A stretch of 64,000 nt of DNA from NCBI GenBank assembly GCA_951406725.2, contig OX597825.1, positions 38,564,001 to 38,628,000 of the forward strand, in the 5' to 3' direction. This stretch comes from Octopus vulgaris (lineage: Eukaryota). The stretch's first letter is position 1. Every line of letters starts with the position of its first letter. Below are positions 39,815-54,339 of this stretch, piece after piece. A program made the position numbers and the translations under genes. The notes below the pieces were generated by a model. The model was not told the DNA's origin. It made no database searches and saw nothing but the letters and a program-made list of their open reading frames with translations.

Positions 39815-40677
39815 GTGTGTTCAGGAGGAGTTCGACTCTATTTTTCCCGTGGAAACTAACACCGAGTGGGCAAAATTATTTGGGTAGAAACGACCAGTAA
39901 ATATTTTGCGCAGGCAAGCCGCGTTAGCTTCCGGCCCCTATGCCTAGACGTGTAGTGTCCTGGCGTCGGATTACCGTTTTCACGGTAGATGACAGAACGC
40001 CTCAGGATGAGTCCACATTCCTATGTCTTGTCACCAGTGTTGATGATCTTTATGAAGTCTAGCATGCCTTCAGCAATTTCACTGTAGAATGCAGAGTTAC
40101 TTCAAATGCTCTACAGCTCCTTGTGGATGAATTTTGATGACGTTCTCTGTATGGACAAGTCCTCCATGAGAAGGGAATGCACTGCATCTGTGTTTATTTC
40201 CACTTCGCCTGCAATTTGATTGCTGCTTACCCGTTCTTCCATGGCGATTTTCAATGACTTTCTCAATAAGCTCCTCGTTTCAACGTGTGGATGGGCTGCC
40301 TCTTAGTGTCTCGGTTTCGCCTACGGTGCAGCCATATCTCAAGCAGGTGTACCACTCCTCGATATAAGTATAGTCCGAGTCATCATCCTGTAGGGCTGGT
40401 GAATATTCTGGAAGTTATCACCAGTCTTCTTGAATATTACAAGTCTTTGGCAAAACATGATGCAATATCTCTCTTCGACACGTTCAAGGAAAATAAAAAT
40501 CCGATGAGTACACAAGACACATGTACTCAGGGCAAAACTGAAGGGAATTGATGAAGCCTACCTACATGAAAATTCTCACGCCTGCTCAGGAAGGGTGGAG
40601 TCACCTCTTTCTCAATTGTTTATGCAGACGTAGCATTAATTGCCATGGGAAATAATAGATACCGTTTGACACATGTT
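39815..40677 (-). mobile_element. Decayed, internally deleted mariner-like element
   Basis: Degenerate TIRs (ctatttttcccgtggaaactaa and ttaattgccatgggaaataatag); minus-strand remnants NEELIEKV..RVSSNQIAGEVEINTDAVHSLLMEDL and TGDKT (GDETW-like). Confidence 0.7.
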
Positions 40678-40809
40678 GAATGCACCTCGTATATGTGTAC
40701 GTGAGCGCGAGTGTGTCTGTGTGGGTTAGTGAGTGGTCTATGGTCTATCTATCTATCGATATATATATATATATATCTGTCTGTATGTCTATCTTTGTAT
40801 GTATGCGTG

Positions 40810-40822
40810 TGTCTATCTATCA

Positions 40823-40894
<72 letters not shown>

Positions 40895-40909
40895 GTCTGT
40901 CTATCTATA

Positions 40910-40955
<46 letters not shown>

Positions 40956-40971
40956 GGATGATAGATAGATA

Positions 40972-41020
<49 letters not shown>
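40810..41020. repeat. (TATC)n followed by (GA)n microsatellites
   Basis: Read directly. Confidence 0.95.
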
Positions 41021-41024
<4 letters not shown>

Positions 41025-44000
41025 TGAGACAGGGAAACTTATCTGAATTCTTGGCACTAAAATTTATCTGACCTCTTGGCTGAATAAAGCGTTGTTGCAA
41101 ATATTGTATAACACTCTTCATGAGTTACAAATTGTCATACTTCAACTTTCCCTAGGCGTTAATATATACACCATTGTGTCATGATTTATCAGAGATAGCT
41201 TCTTTGCAGGTAAAATTTCTAGATTCATCTCAACGATATAGCAGAATGAATTGTAGCGGAATTACGATATATTTTCAATTTTCAACAGACATATACAAAA
41301 GAACAACCGAAATAAAAATGCATAAGCGTCACTGTATCTTATGCAATATAGTTCCCAATTGGTTTTTAACTATTCAAAACAAAACGGAAACAGATTTTGC
41401 TTTTTACAGCAATTTTACAAAGTACTATTTAATTCACACTACTTTCCAGCAACACATTACGTATCTATTTCGTACACAAACTATCTCTATGTTACGATAA
41501 AAGCTACTATGAAAATATTTGCACGTGGAGAGCTTCCTCCTAGCAATGTCTGAAATCAGTATCTAGAACTTAGATTTATAAATTAAACATTGCTATATAC
41601 ATACATGCTTGTATACATGCATATATACATGCATATGTGCATACACACATGCATACATACAGACAGTCAGACAGACACACACATATATATGTGTGTGTGT
41701 GGCCGCATGTGTTTGTAAGTTTGCATACTTAAACACAAACACACACATATATCAACTGTTGTTGAATCTATAGTAGTTATATGGACGCATACATACTAGC
41801 ATCTGAAACTTTGTTTAAAGATATCTTTGGCACGTAGTACTGTCTTAGCACAACATGAATATCACATAATTGTTTGCTCTTTGACGCATCCAAGAACCGC
41901 CAGGGCTGACTGCCAGTTGATTCGCTCAACGTTGGTTATTGGCAGCAATGTGTGTTGTACAAAGTGATCAGAAGAATAGGTCAGTGATCTATATTTGAGA
42001 TTACAAACACATAAGAGGGGGAAATTTCATTGGGATAAATCAATTAATTAAACACTGTCGTCCATCGACTACTAAACGGGGTTTCAGATTAATGTGCAGC
42101 TTGGAAAGTACGGAAGATTATAATTATTCGTTAAATATATTCATTACGTTTTTCCCAGGGAGATTTTAATTCATGTGAGTGCATAAATGTACAGAGTTGC
42201 TGTGCCTATATATGTATATATATATATATATATATACACGCACACGCGCACATATTTTATCTCACAAATTAAAGCTAAATAATATAATTCATTTAAATGA
42301 TATAAATTATTTCGTTTATAATGGGACTGAATACATATTTTTATGGGAGAATGTGCTCAAGAAGAATTATTTGGTTGAGGTATGGTTATATATGATTAAC
42401 TTAGACTGTAAGTATGCAATCCGATTGAACTAGTAAGGGTCATTAAATCATATAGGTAAAGCTTCCTTCTGCACGTAGGAAAATAGAATTGTAGTGACTA
42501 GTTGAAATAAGGCTTAGCTGTACATAATAGGAGGTCATTGCGGAACGTAAACATAATGATTAGCCGTAAATAGTTGTATCTTCGTGGAAGCAAATCTGGG
42601 ATGAACCCATCAAGATTTCTAATATAATACACTTATCGTAGAAACAAAATCCTATCTCTCAAGGAAAAAAAAATTAGAAGCTTCAGCTGCTACCCGTGGC
42701 ACTTGTTGAGACTAATCAATCTGATTCAATTGACAGTGCATATGTCTAAAAATTCTGAATAATGTATTTGTTGACTATTCTAAGCTTTCAATGAACAAAA
42801 TGTAGTAGATAATACATAGATATTTTGGAATGTAATGTTTACATTCATTAATAAATATTTTTATAAACATGAAATATTACTTTTTCAGTTGCCTCTTCAC
42901 ACAGATGTTCAAAGAGTACTTTTATAGTAAAACAATACATATATATAAACGGTCGCAAGAGACTAGGTACTAGTATTTGTTATGTAATGCCCGGCCCTGT
43001 CTTGATAATGACATCATCTACTGCATTCAGCGAGGATATTGATGCAAAACAAAGGGATACTGTAGGGATACTATTCTCAAGACTACTGCCAATCAAAACA
43101 TTTGTTTTGAGACATGGATGAAAGGCATAGATGTTTTCAATGTAGTGGGGGGAATCAAGTATTTTTGGATTCTTAATAATTTATACTGATTAAATGATAT
43201 TCATTTTTCCCAAATGGGCAATTGCCTCTCTTCGCCAATCATTGTATGTGTTTTTGTCTTCTTGATGTATCGAGTACGAACATGAATGGAAGACATCATT
43301 GACCTGGACTGAGATTTGCTTGTGTGCATGATGCAGAAGTATATACTTAATGAGTTAAATTCTCTCGTAACCTAATCTATTTCTGGTCGTTCAAGATTGA
43401 AGGACATGCACAAGCGGATAGTTTTAGCATAGCTAAGTCTATTGGCTTTATTGGCATAGAAAACAAAAGTGATGTTACAGAGTCTATAAATCAGACTCAG
43501 TGTTATCCTGCGAAGGTGAAACAGTTAGAGAATTGCATTACTTCTGGCTGATCTGAAAATAACGGATGAAGTAGCATGAAGAAATATTTGCAACGCATAA
43601 AAATCTGCATGCGATTCTCAAAGATTCATCAGAATGAACTGTGGACTTATAGTAAGTAAAGAACGCGTTATTTTAGCATGCATTGAGTATTATTATCGTT
43701 CATACATTTGACACTCTCAAATGCACAGAAATAAATAATTGATAACTAAATAACAAATGTTAGTTGGTATAACTGAAGTAACACATAACACAGGATAAAA
43801 GAATTAATGCATTATATATTTGTTTGGTTACTCATCGATCAGAATGGTGCATCGGAAATGCTCTCGGTTCATAATCCTTCAGTATACTGATCGAAGTTAC
43901 CCTCAGTGAAAATCTAGTTACTTTGCTGTCACGCATAATTCGCAACAAAGTCATCTGAAAATACACCATCCATAAGTTTGGTGTGTGTGCGCGTGTGTGT

Positions 44001-44038
44001 GCGTGTGTATGTATTCATATACACACGCGTTTTTATAA

Positions 44039-44225
44039 ACAGGGGTGGATACTGAAAACGCTCCTGATTTTATGGGTGTCGCGAAAGGCCTGGTTGGAGG
44101 CCCAACGTTCCGAGTTCTTTTACAGGGCTTAGAAAAACTGAAGGACCGTTGCAATAAGTGTTTGAATCTGATTCTCGTCTATTTTCTTTTACTCAAATCG
44201 AGGAACTTTTCAACACCACCTCGTA
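44039..44225 (+). mobile_element. Mariner-derived MITE
   Basis: TIR-like ends aggggtggatactgaaaacgctcctgattt and aaatcgaggaacttttcaacaccacctcgTA; internal GLEKLKDRCNKCLNL resembles the mariner transposase C-terminus. Confidence 0.7.
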
Positions 44226-45034
44226 TATACACTGAGACACACAAAGTTATATGAATATATATTTTCAAATATTTATACATTTATATTTGCTTATTAATAC
44301 TTATATCAACATCAACCGCTACTTACATAGGAAATAAAATACTTTTAATCCCGAAATAGTGGTTTCACTCTCATACCTGATACGTATATAGCTCCGTATG
44401 TATGTATCTATTGATTTGAGATCACTTTCGATATTACATGTGATAGTGTTTCGGTGACATTTGATTTTATATAAAATTTCTTGATAGAATATTTTCAAAA
44501 TGATTGTATAATTGCGTACCTATTTCTGCTAATATAACGATTTGGGAGTAAAGGCCATGACGTTACGCTACGTATTGTATGAAAAAGTTCACGGCTGTTA
44601 AGTGGAACAGTGCGCAAGTAGAAATGTTGTCGCCGTCATGGTGGTAGTCGTAGTTATAGTTATGGTTTTGCTATAAATGTGTGTCCGAGGAAGATTTCGA
44701 GATTTCGAGAATATAGAGAAATTTAATCCGATTTAATCCTGTATCACAGCAGGCAACATTTAAATAAAAGATTCGACGTGTGTCTGTGAGTGATGCAAGG
44801 ACTGGAATTTTGTACTCTACCTTATGTTCAGAGAATAAGTATTTCAATTATTAGTCATCATGCTATGATTATATATATTTTATTTACATTAATAATTACA
44901 TTTTATAATTACAAGTAATTACATTATATATAATTAAATAACATATTATATATAATTATATATTTTAATTAAGTAATAATTATATTGCTATTCTCTGATA
45001 CTTTCTCCGAGTTAATTTGTCAGATAATGCTTAA

Positions 45035-45160
45035 GGGTTGAATTGGCAGAATCGCTATTATTCAAACATCTCGCATTTTAACTTAATGTCCAGTCAACCG
45101 CAACTTTGCGCTTGTAGGCTCAGGTGTCACTAAATAAGTATCAGTTTTGTGCTCTGGCTG
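45035..45160 (+). mobile_element. Degenerate SINE fragment (10831 family)
   Basis: ggttgaattggcagaatcgcta...caactttgc...taaataagtatcagtt. Confidence 0.5.
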
Positions 45161-46218
45161 AGTAGAAACATTAGATCATTCGGAGCTCTCTTCTGCCCAT
45201 GATCTACTTTGTAATAGAGTAACCCCAAATCTTGCTGCAAGACTGTCAACCTGCCACCAAGTGTATTAAGGTTACCAAAGTCCTTAGAAGTATTTGAGGT
45301 CATACCTTGCAAATACATCCCTCCTATCAGTAGTTGCCTAGCCTTTGAAATGCGTTAAAACACTGTACTTCGCTCTTTCGCTTATCTACCACGAAAGACC
45401 TCAAGATCCGTACGTTTAGAGAGGAAAACTACAGGATAAAATAAAACCCCTTCTATGGCCGAACAGGTTCCTTGAAATCAACGGCATTTCTCTACATAAA
45501 TCAAAGTCAAAAGTTTTGAAGTGGAAATAACTCGCTGGAGGGTACATCTGTTTATAGACAAAGCATGGGAGTAGACTGTATGGACCCCACAATTTATCTA
45601 AGATTATAAATCAATAGGTTTGTGCGTGACCTAGACTTAGACTACTTAAACTGCAAGATTCATCACCGCTATTTTAATACTCTTTGTTAACGTTCTGACT
45701 CGTATTACGTATCAAAGTGTCACTGTCAGTTACACCTGGTATCTGACAGTAACAGTTTGGAATGAAGCTGCTAAACCTACGCAGTTTTGTGGAAATGACC
45801 CTACGCATGGTCTCACAACGCTAGAGAGAGAAAGAGAGGGAGAGAGAGATGGGGAGGGGAAGAGAGAGCGAATGCGACAGTGCATGAGAAAAAGAGAATG
45901 CGAGGAAGAGGATAGAAATGAGGGAGACAGAAGAAAACTGGAGAGGAATAAGGAATTTAGAACAAAAGAAGAATTGATCTCAATAATAGGATTGCATTCT
46001 TGAACGATACATACTGGAAGCATAACAAAGCCTTTTTTCGATATTTAAACGCAAAACAGAGAAATACCAAGTCAAAGTGAAATACTGTGAGGCATTCTAT
46101 CAAACATGCAACGATTTATACTGTTCGTTTGCCGCTATTCTAAATTTATCTCACTCAAGTTTGAATATTTGTGTCAGTAATAGAAATAATTCATTTGCAG
46201 ATAATTTTTAATTGTATA

Positions 46219-47090
46219 GTTACCCTGCGTGCATAAGCGTAATCAGGTATTGTAATCACTCGTTTTTGTCTTTTTGTCTCTTTATGTGTTTGCAAAATTG
46301 CTGAAAACAGCTGAGCGGATTTTCACCAAATTTGGCAGAGGTACTCATTGGGTGAGTGTATGGAAATGATTAAAATTTGGGCTGGTTATCTTCAAACATG
46401 CATACATATATACAGAGGTATGCAACTATGTGGGTATGAGTTCGCAAGTGCTTGTGTGTGTATATAGTGATAGATTTCGGGGTTTCGTTTATCTATGAGT
46501 TGATTTCGTAATTTCACTGGAGTATAATAAATACATATAATGGTGATACTTGGAAAAAAAAAATTGTTTTTAAAATCGAGCTTACAAATTTCCCGATAAG
46601 CAAGTAGTCATATTATCTATATCCCAGGACGAGCTACAGTATGTTTGATTCAGCTGCCATCTCTGAAAGGCGTCCGAAACACTTCTCAAATTCTATGCAA
46701 TATTTTCTGTAAGTATTTCATCACATTCACTATTTTTGTTTCATATAAATCGACACTCATCTGCGTGTGTATAGATCATAGGGTAGATACGTGTGAACAT
46801 ATGCATAAATACATACTTAGATAGGCGAGTGTGTGTGCGTGCGTGTGTATGTGTATAGTGATGGATTCGAAGGGTTCGCTTATTTAAATGTTGATTCCTT
46901 AATTTCAACACTGTATAAATACCTTTAATGATGATACTTAATACAAAAAAAAGAGAAAATTCAATCGAAATTGCAAAATTTAAACTTTAATTTAAAAGCA
47001 TGCGTAGGCAACGCATTGTAACCTACACAGTAATTCGTAAAAAAAATGTATTTACGTGCAGGTTATGCTTGCTCTCCGTGCCTTTTTATT
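46219..47090 (+). mobile_element. Helentron/DINE-1-like non-autonomous element with an internal duplication
   Basis: Starts ttaccctgcgtgcataagcg...ggtattg, then a tgtc-rich tract and gcggattttcaccaaatttggca; ends gcaggttatgc...tttttatttttg; internal repeats at 46452-46591 and 46840-46981. Confidence 0.55.
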
Positions 47091-47100
47091 TTTGTTTGCA

Positions 47101-47310
47101 AAGGCAGCAGAATCGTTAGCATGTCGGACAAGATGCTTAGCAGCATTTTGTCGGTCTTTACGTTCAGAGTTCAAATTCCACCGAGGTCGACTTTGCAGTT
47201 AATTCTTTCGGAGTGGAAAAAATATCTACTACCTAAACACTGGGGTCGATCTCATCGACCTAGACCCGCAGCCGAAATTACTAGCCATGTGCTAAAATTT
47301 AAAATCGATA
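47101..47310 (+). mobile_element. tRNA-derived SINE (10831 family)
   Basis: gcagaatcgttagcatgtcggacaagatgcttagcagcatttt...gagttcaaattccaccgaggtcgactttgc...ggggtcgat. Confidence 0.85.
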
Positions 47311-47312
47311 TC

Positions 47313-47330
47313 TGCTGCAGCTGCTGCTGT

Positions 47331-47394
<64 letters not shown>

Positions 47395-47410
47395 GCTACT
47401 ACTGCTGCTG

Positions 47411-47454
<44 letters not shown>

Positions 47455-47455
47455 G

Positions 47456-47490
<35 letters not shown>
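47313..47490. repeat. (CTG)/(TAC)n then (TAA)n microsatellite
   Basis: Read directly. Confidence 0.95.
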
Positions 47491-48019
47491 TGAAACAACA
47501 CGACAATATAGCAAGGCTTGTCCATTGGACAATTTACAATAAGTATGGACTTGACAGAGAAACAAATTGGAGCGACAACAAACCCAAAGAAATCATCGAA
47601 TATGGTAATGCAAAGATCCTGTGGGATTTTATGATTCAGAGCGACCATGAGATAGAAAATAGGAAGCCAGATATAGTCTTAATTGAGAAAGAAAGCAAAC
47701 TATGCTGCATGAGATATATAACATGTCCAGCTGACAACAAGTTATGGGATAAGGAAAGAAGAAAAGTTGATAGATATGACAGATTAGCGTGAGAGGTTGA
47801 TCGATGAAAAAGGAGGTAGTAGTACCAATAATTGCCGGAGCCCTAGGAACAGTGAGTAAAAATGTTGAGAAGGACATGGAATAAATAGGGGCTGCAATAA
47901 GAATGCTCTGGAAGGTGCACGAAAAATAAGAGGTGTTACCTTAGTTCACTGGTAGTGAACGGCTAACACCGTAGTACATCTCCAGCGTTAGAAGCTGTGC
48001 AGAAGCAATGATAATAATG
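47491..48019 (+). mobile_element. 3' fragment of an RLE-type non-LTR retrotransposon (R4/Dong-like)
   Basis: QHDNIARLVHW..KILWDFMIQSDHEIENRKPDIVLIEK..KERRKVDRY..VVVPIIAGALGTV matches restriction-like endonuclease motifs (RHD, RPD, E..K..KY); flanked by (TAA)n at 5' and taataa at 3'. Confidence 0.85.
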
Positions 48020-48994
48020 TTTATACGTTGATGCGTGTCATTACACCGTATGACAGAATTTAATAGAGCATGCTGTCATTTTTTTTGTAAACATGCTGGA
48101 AATCATAGGTGGCGAGAATTGAAAAGATGTTCCATATCTAATCACATATTCTCGCTTGCGGCATCACTATATGAACGAATTATCTATTGACATCTCCAAA
48201 TTGACAAGTCTTTGTTTTTTAGGCTTCTGGGACACAGTCATATAAAGCACAAAATTAGAAAACTGAAGCAGTTTCAACAGTGACAGTCTATATTTTACTG
48301 ATGTTGCCGATTATATTTTTTACCAGCGTACAGGTGAAATTTTCTGTTTTCATTGTTTGATCATTATTTGAAGATAAAGAGAAAACTGGCGGAGGAGTCG
48401 TAAGATGCATTACAACAGTTCCTGTTTTCCTATACAAATTAATTTGAAATGTTTCTAGGTTAGTACTTACTTTTTATACAAACAATTCAATTAATTACAC
48501 TCCTTTTCAATAACAAAAATATGTTTCTGTTTATTATCTCAAATATTATTAACTAGTTTATTATATTTATCCTTTCATTATTGTTAGGTTCGAACTCAAA
48601 TGCTTATAAATAAGACACAGAGTACAAACATAAATTATAGGAAACACCATAACGGCAGTGGTAAATAATACAAGCAATCTGCCTTTTATAATTAAGTTGT
48701 ATTGTCTATTGCATGCTATAAATAATTTTCGCGATGAATATATATGATTGATACTAACAAACTATTGAAACGCACAACATTTACTTTCTTCGGTTTACGG
48801 TTCTTATGAAATGATTTTCAGGAAACTATACACCTGCAGGGAAGTTTGTACAAGGAAGAGTGAGTGTGAGGTTTCGGGCGACAAATCAGTAAAGTAAAAT
48901 AGCTGAATATATCTGCAAATTCTATACATTTACAAGCGCTGGTTGTTATGAAATACCTACCTGTTTTAACTAACATATATGTATGTATGCATAC

Positions 48995-49094
<100 letters not shown>

Positions 49095-49644
49095 TTCCTT
49101 TTATTTTTGAACAGAATGCTTCAAACACAATGTACTAACTTATTCGAAATGATTACTTTTTTACTCTCATTAGAAAGGTAGATGTATTAATGAAAAAAAA
49201 AAAAAACAGACTACTTTTCTAAAACGCTTATTAATATCAGAAGGCATCAAATCTTCGAGACTCACCAAAGTGGTTGACAGTGGAACATTGATTTCAGTTT
49301 AAATACTTGACATTGGAAGGTAAAGGTAAAGAATTTGTAGAATGGTCAGCTAAATGTTACTTTGAAACGGCTAGTAATTATGTGATTCCCCTGTAGTTTT
49401 TTGATGTAATATCACTTTCTAATTTAGATGTCTTATTGGATGCTGTTATGTGGAATGTATAAGATATAGTTATATCATTATTTAGTCGCTGTTATGAACT
49501 GGTGCCATTGCAAATCTCAGTGATGAGATAAATAATCCAAATTATGTGCATGTCAAAGACTAATTTGTCAAAGTGTCATCATTTTGTTTTTAATAGAATC
49601 CCTTGTGTGATTTGATTAATATTATTCTGTTTTTCTTTTCAACA

Positions 49645-49846
49645 TTAAATTCACCTGACTGCAGTCACGCTGGAGCACCATATCAACGGGTTTCGAAGAA
49701 ATCGACTCCAGGATTTATTCTATTGATCTATTTGCTGAATCGCCAAGTTACGGGATTTAAACACACCAACATCGGTTGTCGAACAATGCTGCCGGGACAA
49801 GCGCAGACATAAAGACACAGACTCATATGTATGTATGTATACATAC

Positions 49847-49897
<51 letters not shown>

Positions 49898-50080
49898 TAT
49901 GAATACAAATACATATATACAACGGATTTCTCTCAAACTCCATCTTCCAAATCCACTCAGATGGCTTTGGTCGGCTCAAGGATATAGTAGAAGACATTTG
50001 TCCAAGGTGTCACACAGTGGGTTTGAATCCGGAAAGATGCGGTTGAGAAGCAACCTTCTTACCACACAGCCGCGCATGCG
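49645..50080 (-). mobile_element. tRNA-derived SINE with internal CA/TA microsatellite (octopus OK/OR-like; family assignment inferred)
   Basis: Minus-strand head ggctgtgtggtaagaaggttgcttctcaaccgcatctttccggattcaaacccactgtgtgacaccttggacaaatgtcttctactata (tRNA-like plus CORE-like); body gctggagcacca..aatcgactccagg..aagttacggg..acaccaacatcggttgtc. Confidence 0.85.
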
Positions 50081-52475
50081 TCTAGAATGTATCGCTTATT
50101 TCTAACAAATATCACTATCGTGCAGATGCCCCCAATTCGACCCCCAAAATTTGAAAATAGGTTGTTAATCGAATATACTAAAACTGAAAATTATATTCAA
50201 TCTTGAATTTCACTCCAGTTGTTCAACTTGTATAAAACATTCAAACATTCCACCAAACATTCTTCTGTCATATACAATTGACCTAATATTTAGAAAAAAA
50301 CATGTTCATTATCAACTTTTAAATACGAGTTTCATTCAGGCAAATATCAATATTTTACTCTACAAATATGTTCTGTTTTCTTCATTAAACATAACAAGTA
50401 AATTAAATATTTGATGACATTATGGAAACAATTTCAGGAACCTTGTAAACATTACTTTTTGAATATATTGCATCCGAAAATAACTGTATATCTGTTAATG
50501 TGAGTGAATGTGTGTGTTTGCGTTTGCATATGTATGTATGTATGTTTGTGATTTTGTCCGCGTTCACTGCAATATATATACTTGACTATACCATTGTTCA
50601 TATTATATTGTAAATTTTCAAATTAAATAGTTTCCATCTATGTGTATTATTAAGAAAAATGGTATATTCATTCTCTTCATATCGTGACAAATACACTGTA
50701 TGGGCTTCATGTTTGTATCAAAATATTCCATAATTGCATGTTGTTTATTTCATTTTTATATCTCAAGATAAAGTTACATGGCTTCTCTCTTATTGGTTTA
50801 ACTAGAACGGAAACATACATGTGTTTACGATCAAGATTTGGTTAAATTGATTAATGGTAAGTTCTTACGTTTGCGCTCCATCAATATTAATGCTTTCTTG
50901 AAGTAGTTAACACTGTTATCTAATTAAATCTCTTCGACTTGAAACACGATATTTTATGTCCTTTTAAAACTTACCTTATATAGTAATTTTCTTTTATTAC
51001 ATTTCAACGTATACTCATTTCTAGGCCAAAACACTTCTAGCAGTAGTAGAAATTACAACACATTATTTTCCCTAGGCTCAAGAAATATTTATACAGATCA
51101 TTTTAATTGATTTTTCTCTCTTTATTCACATGTTAAAATGATTCTTAATTATGAGCTGATTGATTTTCTACTGACTGTAGTTTCTTATTTACATATTACT
51201 TTTCCTTTCTTTCAATAATGCTATGATTCTCTCACTTTGAACTGTTTCGCTATTGATCTTGCAAATTCCTAAATCTTTACTAAAATGAAAGAAAAATATC
51301 AGATTACTGCAGACTAACTCAACTGAACAACAAATAGCATATATTCTATGTCACAATGTCGTAACTAACTAACCCAATATCTAGATATGGAAATTTATAA
51401 TAAACTATCGGTATTAAGTGATTTATTTTTTCTGCTGCAAGGGTTTCACCCCAATTACTATATCGTCAGTTTAACTATTTATTATCAATCTGTTGACCTT
51501 CTGCTATTTTCATAGTCGGTTGACTTGTTAAACTATTGATGAAATAAACCTTTCATTTCAATATATTTAGAAATTCGGTGAATTTGAAACGCTATAGCTC
51601 ACGTTCTAAACATACTAATTTCTACATTTTTTATATATTCTTCATATTTGTTTATATTTTTATTATTTTACATTATCTGAAATTGATTTATATATTTTCA
51701 ATATTAGAATTAACAAATATCTTGGAAATTGATTTCGAAAAGCAATTAAGAATTATATTCTCCCCAAAATTCAATGAATTAACGAAATAAACAGCATTGG
51801 ATTGATTTTTGGTTTCCAGTGTTCGCAGATAAATGAAGAGTGAATGAATAAATATACACCGACCAGTGTCCCTTTTAAAGATTTATTTAAGAATGCTGAA
51901 TGTTTTTATATATTACCTTTTAATAAAAATCATTAAAATATTGGAAATTTCTTAACATCTAGAAGATTAATAAGACGTCTCTTTTCCTGAATCAAAAGCT
52001 CTTATTAAAAAGAAACTATAGGATATTATCATTACAGATTTAGTACAGACTAAAATGCATTTATATTCGTGAGAACAAAATTATGAAGTTTATCCCGCAT
52101 GGGTTTAAATGAAAACCATCGTTAGACTATTTACGAAAGTTTTTAACCGAGAAAGAAATTAAATTTCCCTGATATATTGTCCGACATTTTGCTAAAATTT
52201 CAAGGTGAATTTTGGAGATAAAATAGATACGCTAATAAAAACTAAAATTACGTGTCATATTTAGCATTCTGTAGTAGGAATCTGTAATGAAGCAAACAAA
52301 GCAACCATCACTGAAAAGCGGGAGCGGCATAGTTCGAAAGCGAGTAAGTGCATTGTGACCAGAGTTATTTAACAACAAGCGCTTGTCGGTGGATAGAGAT
52401 ATATGGATATATGCATAGGATTATATTCATTCTTGTATGTATAGAGGTATATAAAAAGACACACACACACACATA

Positions 52476-52507
<32 letters not shown>

Positions 52508-52732
52508 GTTTAAATACTCAGTAAATGGATAAAAACTTGATGGATCAACAAACAAATAATTTGGACCACATCTGTAGATTATTTTTCGAAGCAAAACATG
52601 ACGTAACATATCCGTGACATAAATGTCACAGAAATGTTGTCATGTTTTGTATTAGAGAAATAATCAACAGATGTAGTCCAATTGATTTGTTTGTTGATCT
52701 AAAGTTTTCTCCATCCTCTCATTATTTAAATT
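52508..52732. repeat. ~225-bp imperfect palindrome with 2-nt loop
   Basis: Centre gtgacat-aa-atgtcac; arms include gatcaacaaacaaat/atttgtttgttgatc, acatctgt/acagatgt and caaaacatgac/gtcatgttttg. Confidence 0.9.
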
Positions 52733-52892
52733 TGATTCCTGATAAACTTTTCTTTATTCTCTTGTTACCTGTACCATACGAGAATTGCGTGCCTGCATAC
52801 CGATGCCAGAAGATAACACATGCAACTGCTACCGATAAAAAATACGGATATTTTATACCTTAGTCGGTCATTATTACCGCTAACTCTGCTTA

Positions 52893-53007
<115 letters not shown>

Positions 53008-53453
53008 TGTTTATATGTGATGGTGAATGATTTGATCCAACATATATGTATCCAGAATTTATATATATATGTTCAGATTTGTAACCCTACAATGCCAGTC
53101 TATTTTAATAATGATGTAAGCCGACAATTACTTACTGCTTGAAAAACTAACGAAGCAGTAGTAATGCATGTATCTAATCAGGATGCAGGAATGTGCATGT
53201 ATATATGTACAAGTATATGTGTGCCTGCAAGTGTGTGTAGTTATACGTGTAGATGAATGTCGGTGTGTGTCAGGAGGAGGATGGCGCGAGGTATGAGTGC
53301 ATGCATGTGTAGGCGCATGTATATGCATGTATGGGGGTCACACATGGGTGAATATGTATATGTGGATGTATATATGTATGTGTGTATACACACACATATG
53401 TATATATATACATGTATATATATATGCGAATATGTGTGTGCACGTGCATAGGT

Positions 53454-53520
<67 letters not shown>

Positions 53521-54237
53521 ATATGAATGTAGGTGCGTACGTGTATGCTTATGTATGTGTAGATATGTGTATGTATATGTGTAAACGTATGTCTGAGTGT
53601 ATGCACAATCGTGTTTGTGTGCGAATGCGTGTATAAGCATCTCGGCCTAAGATAGTTAAACATTCTAGACATCCTAGCCTGGATATATATCTCCCCTTAC
53701 TTTTTCTAGTACCATTTCTTTCTCTTAAATCCAATGTAACTCAATCCATCCCTGTACATCAATTCACTTCCACTATATTTTTCTTTATCAACAATTATTT
53801 CTCTATATTTACAAATGTTTGCAACTCTTATTATAAAAAAGATAATACTAATTGAAAACCGTATCAATGTTTCATTCACTAACCGGTCGGGCATAGAACA
53901 ACAATACAGCCAAAACTCAAGATCTTTAGCGAAACACAACTTTATACATGGATGTACCTACTGAGACACAGACTGCAAAATAGATACAACCCATGTTGGA
54001 CGGAGTCCCACCCATGAGGGACGTTAGCAGATGGGTTCGAAGTGACCGATTAATACCAAATTCCTCTTCCGGTTACTTAAGAAATTCTTAACTCAACTGA
54101 CACTGCGGGCGTTACTGAACTAGATCCAACGGAAATATACCCCGACTATGGATGACACCGTGTAGTTCAAACTCTGCCAGTGCTCTACTCAACACTTCAA
54201 CACACTAATCGACATAGACACATTAGTCCCAAATATC

Positions 54238-54339
<102 letters not shown>

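Noticed and set aside
48223-48333. Exon-like segment between ttttttAG and GTgaaa
   Set aside because: Stops in all three frames; a non-coding exon cannot be supported without RNA data.
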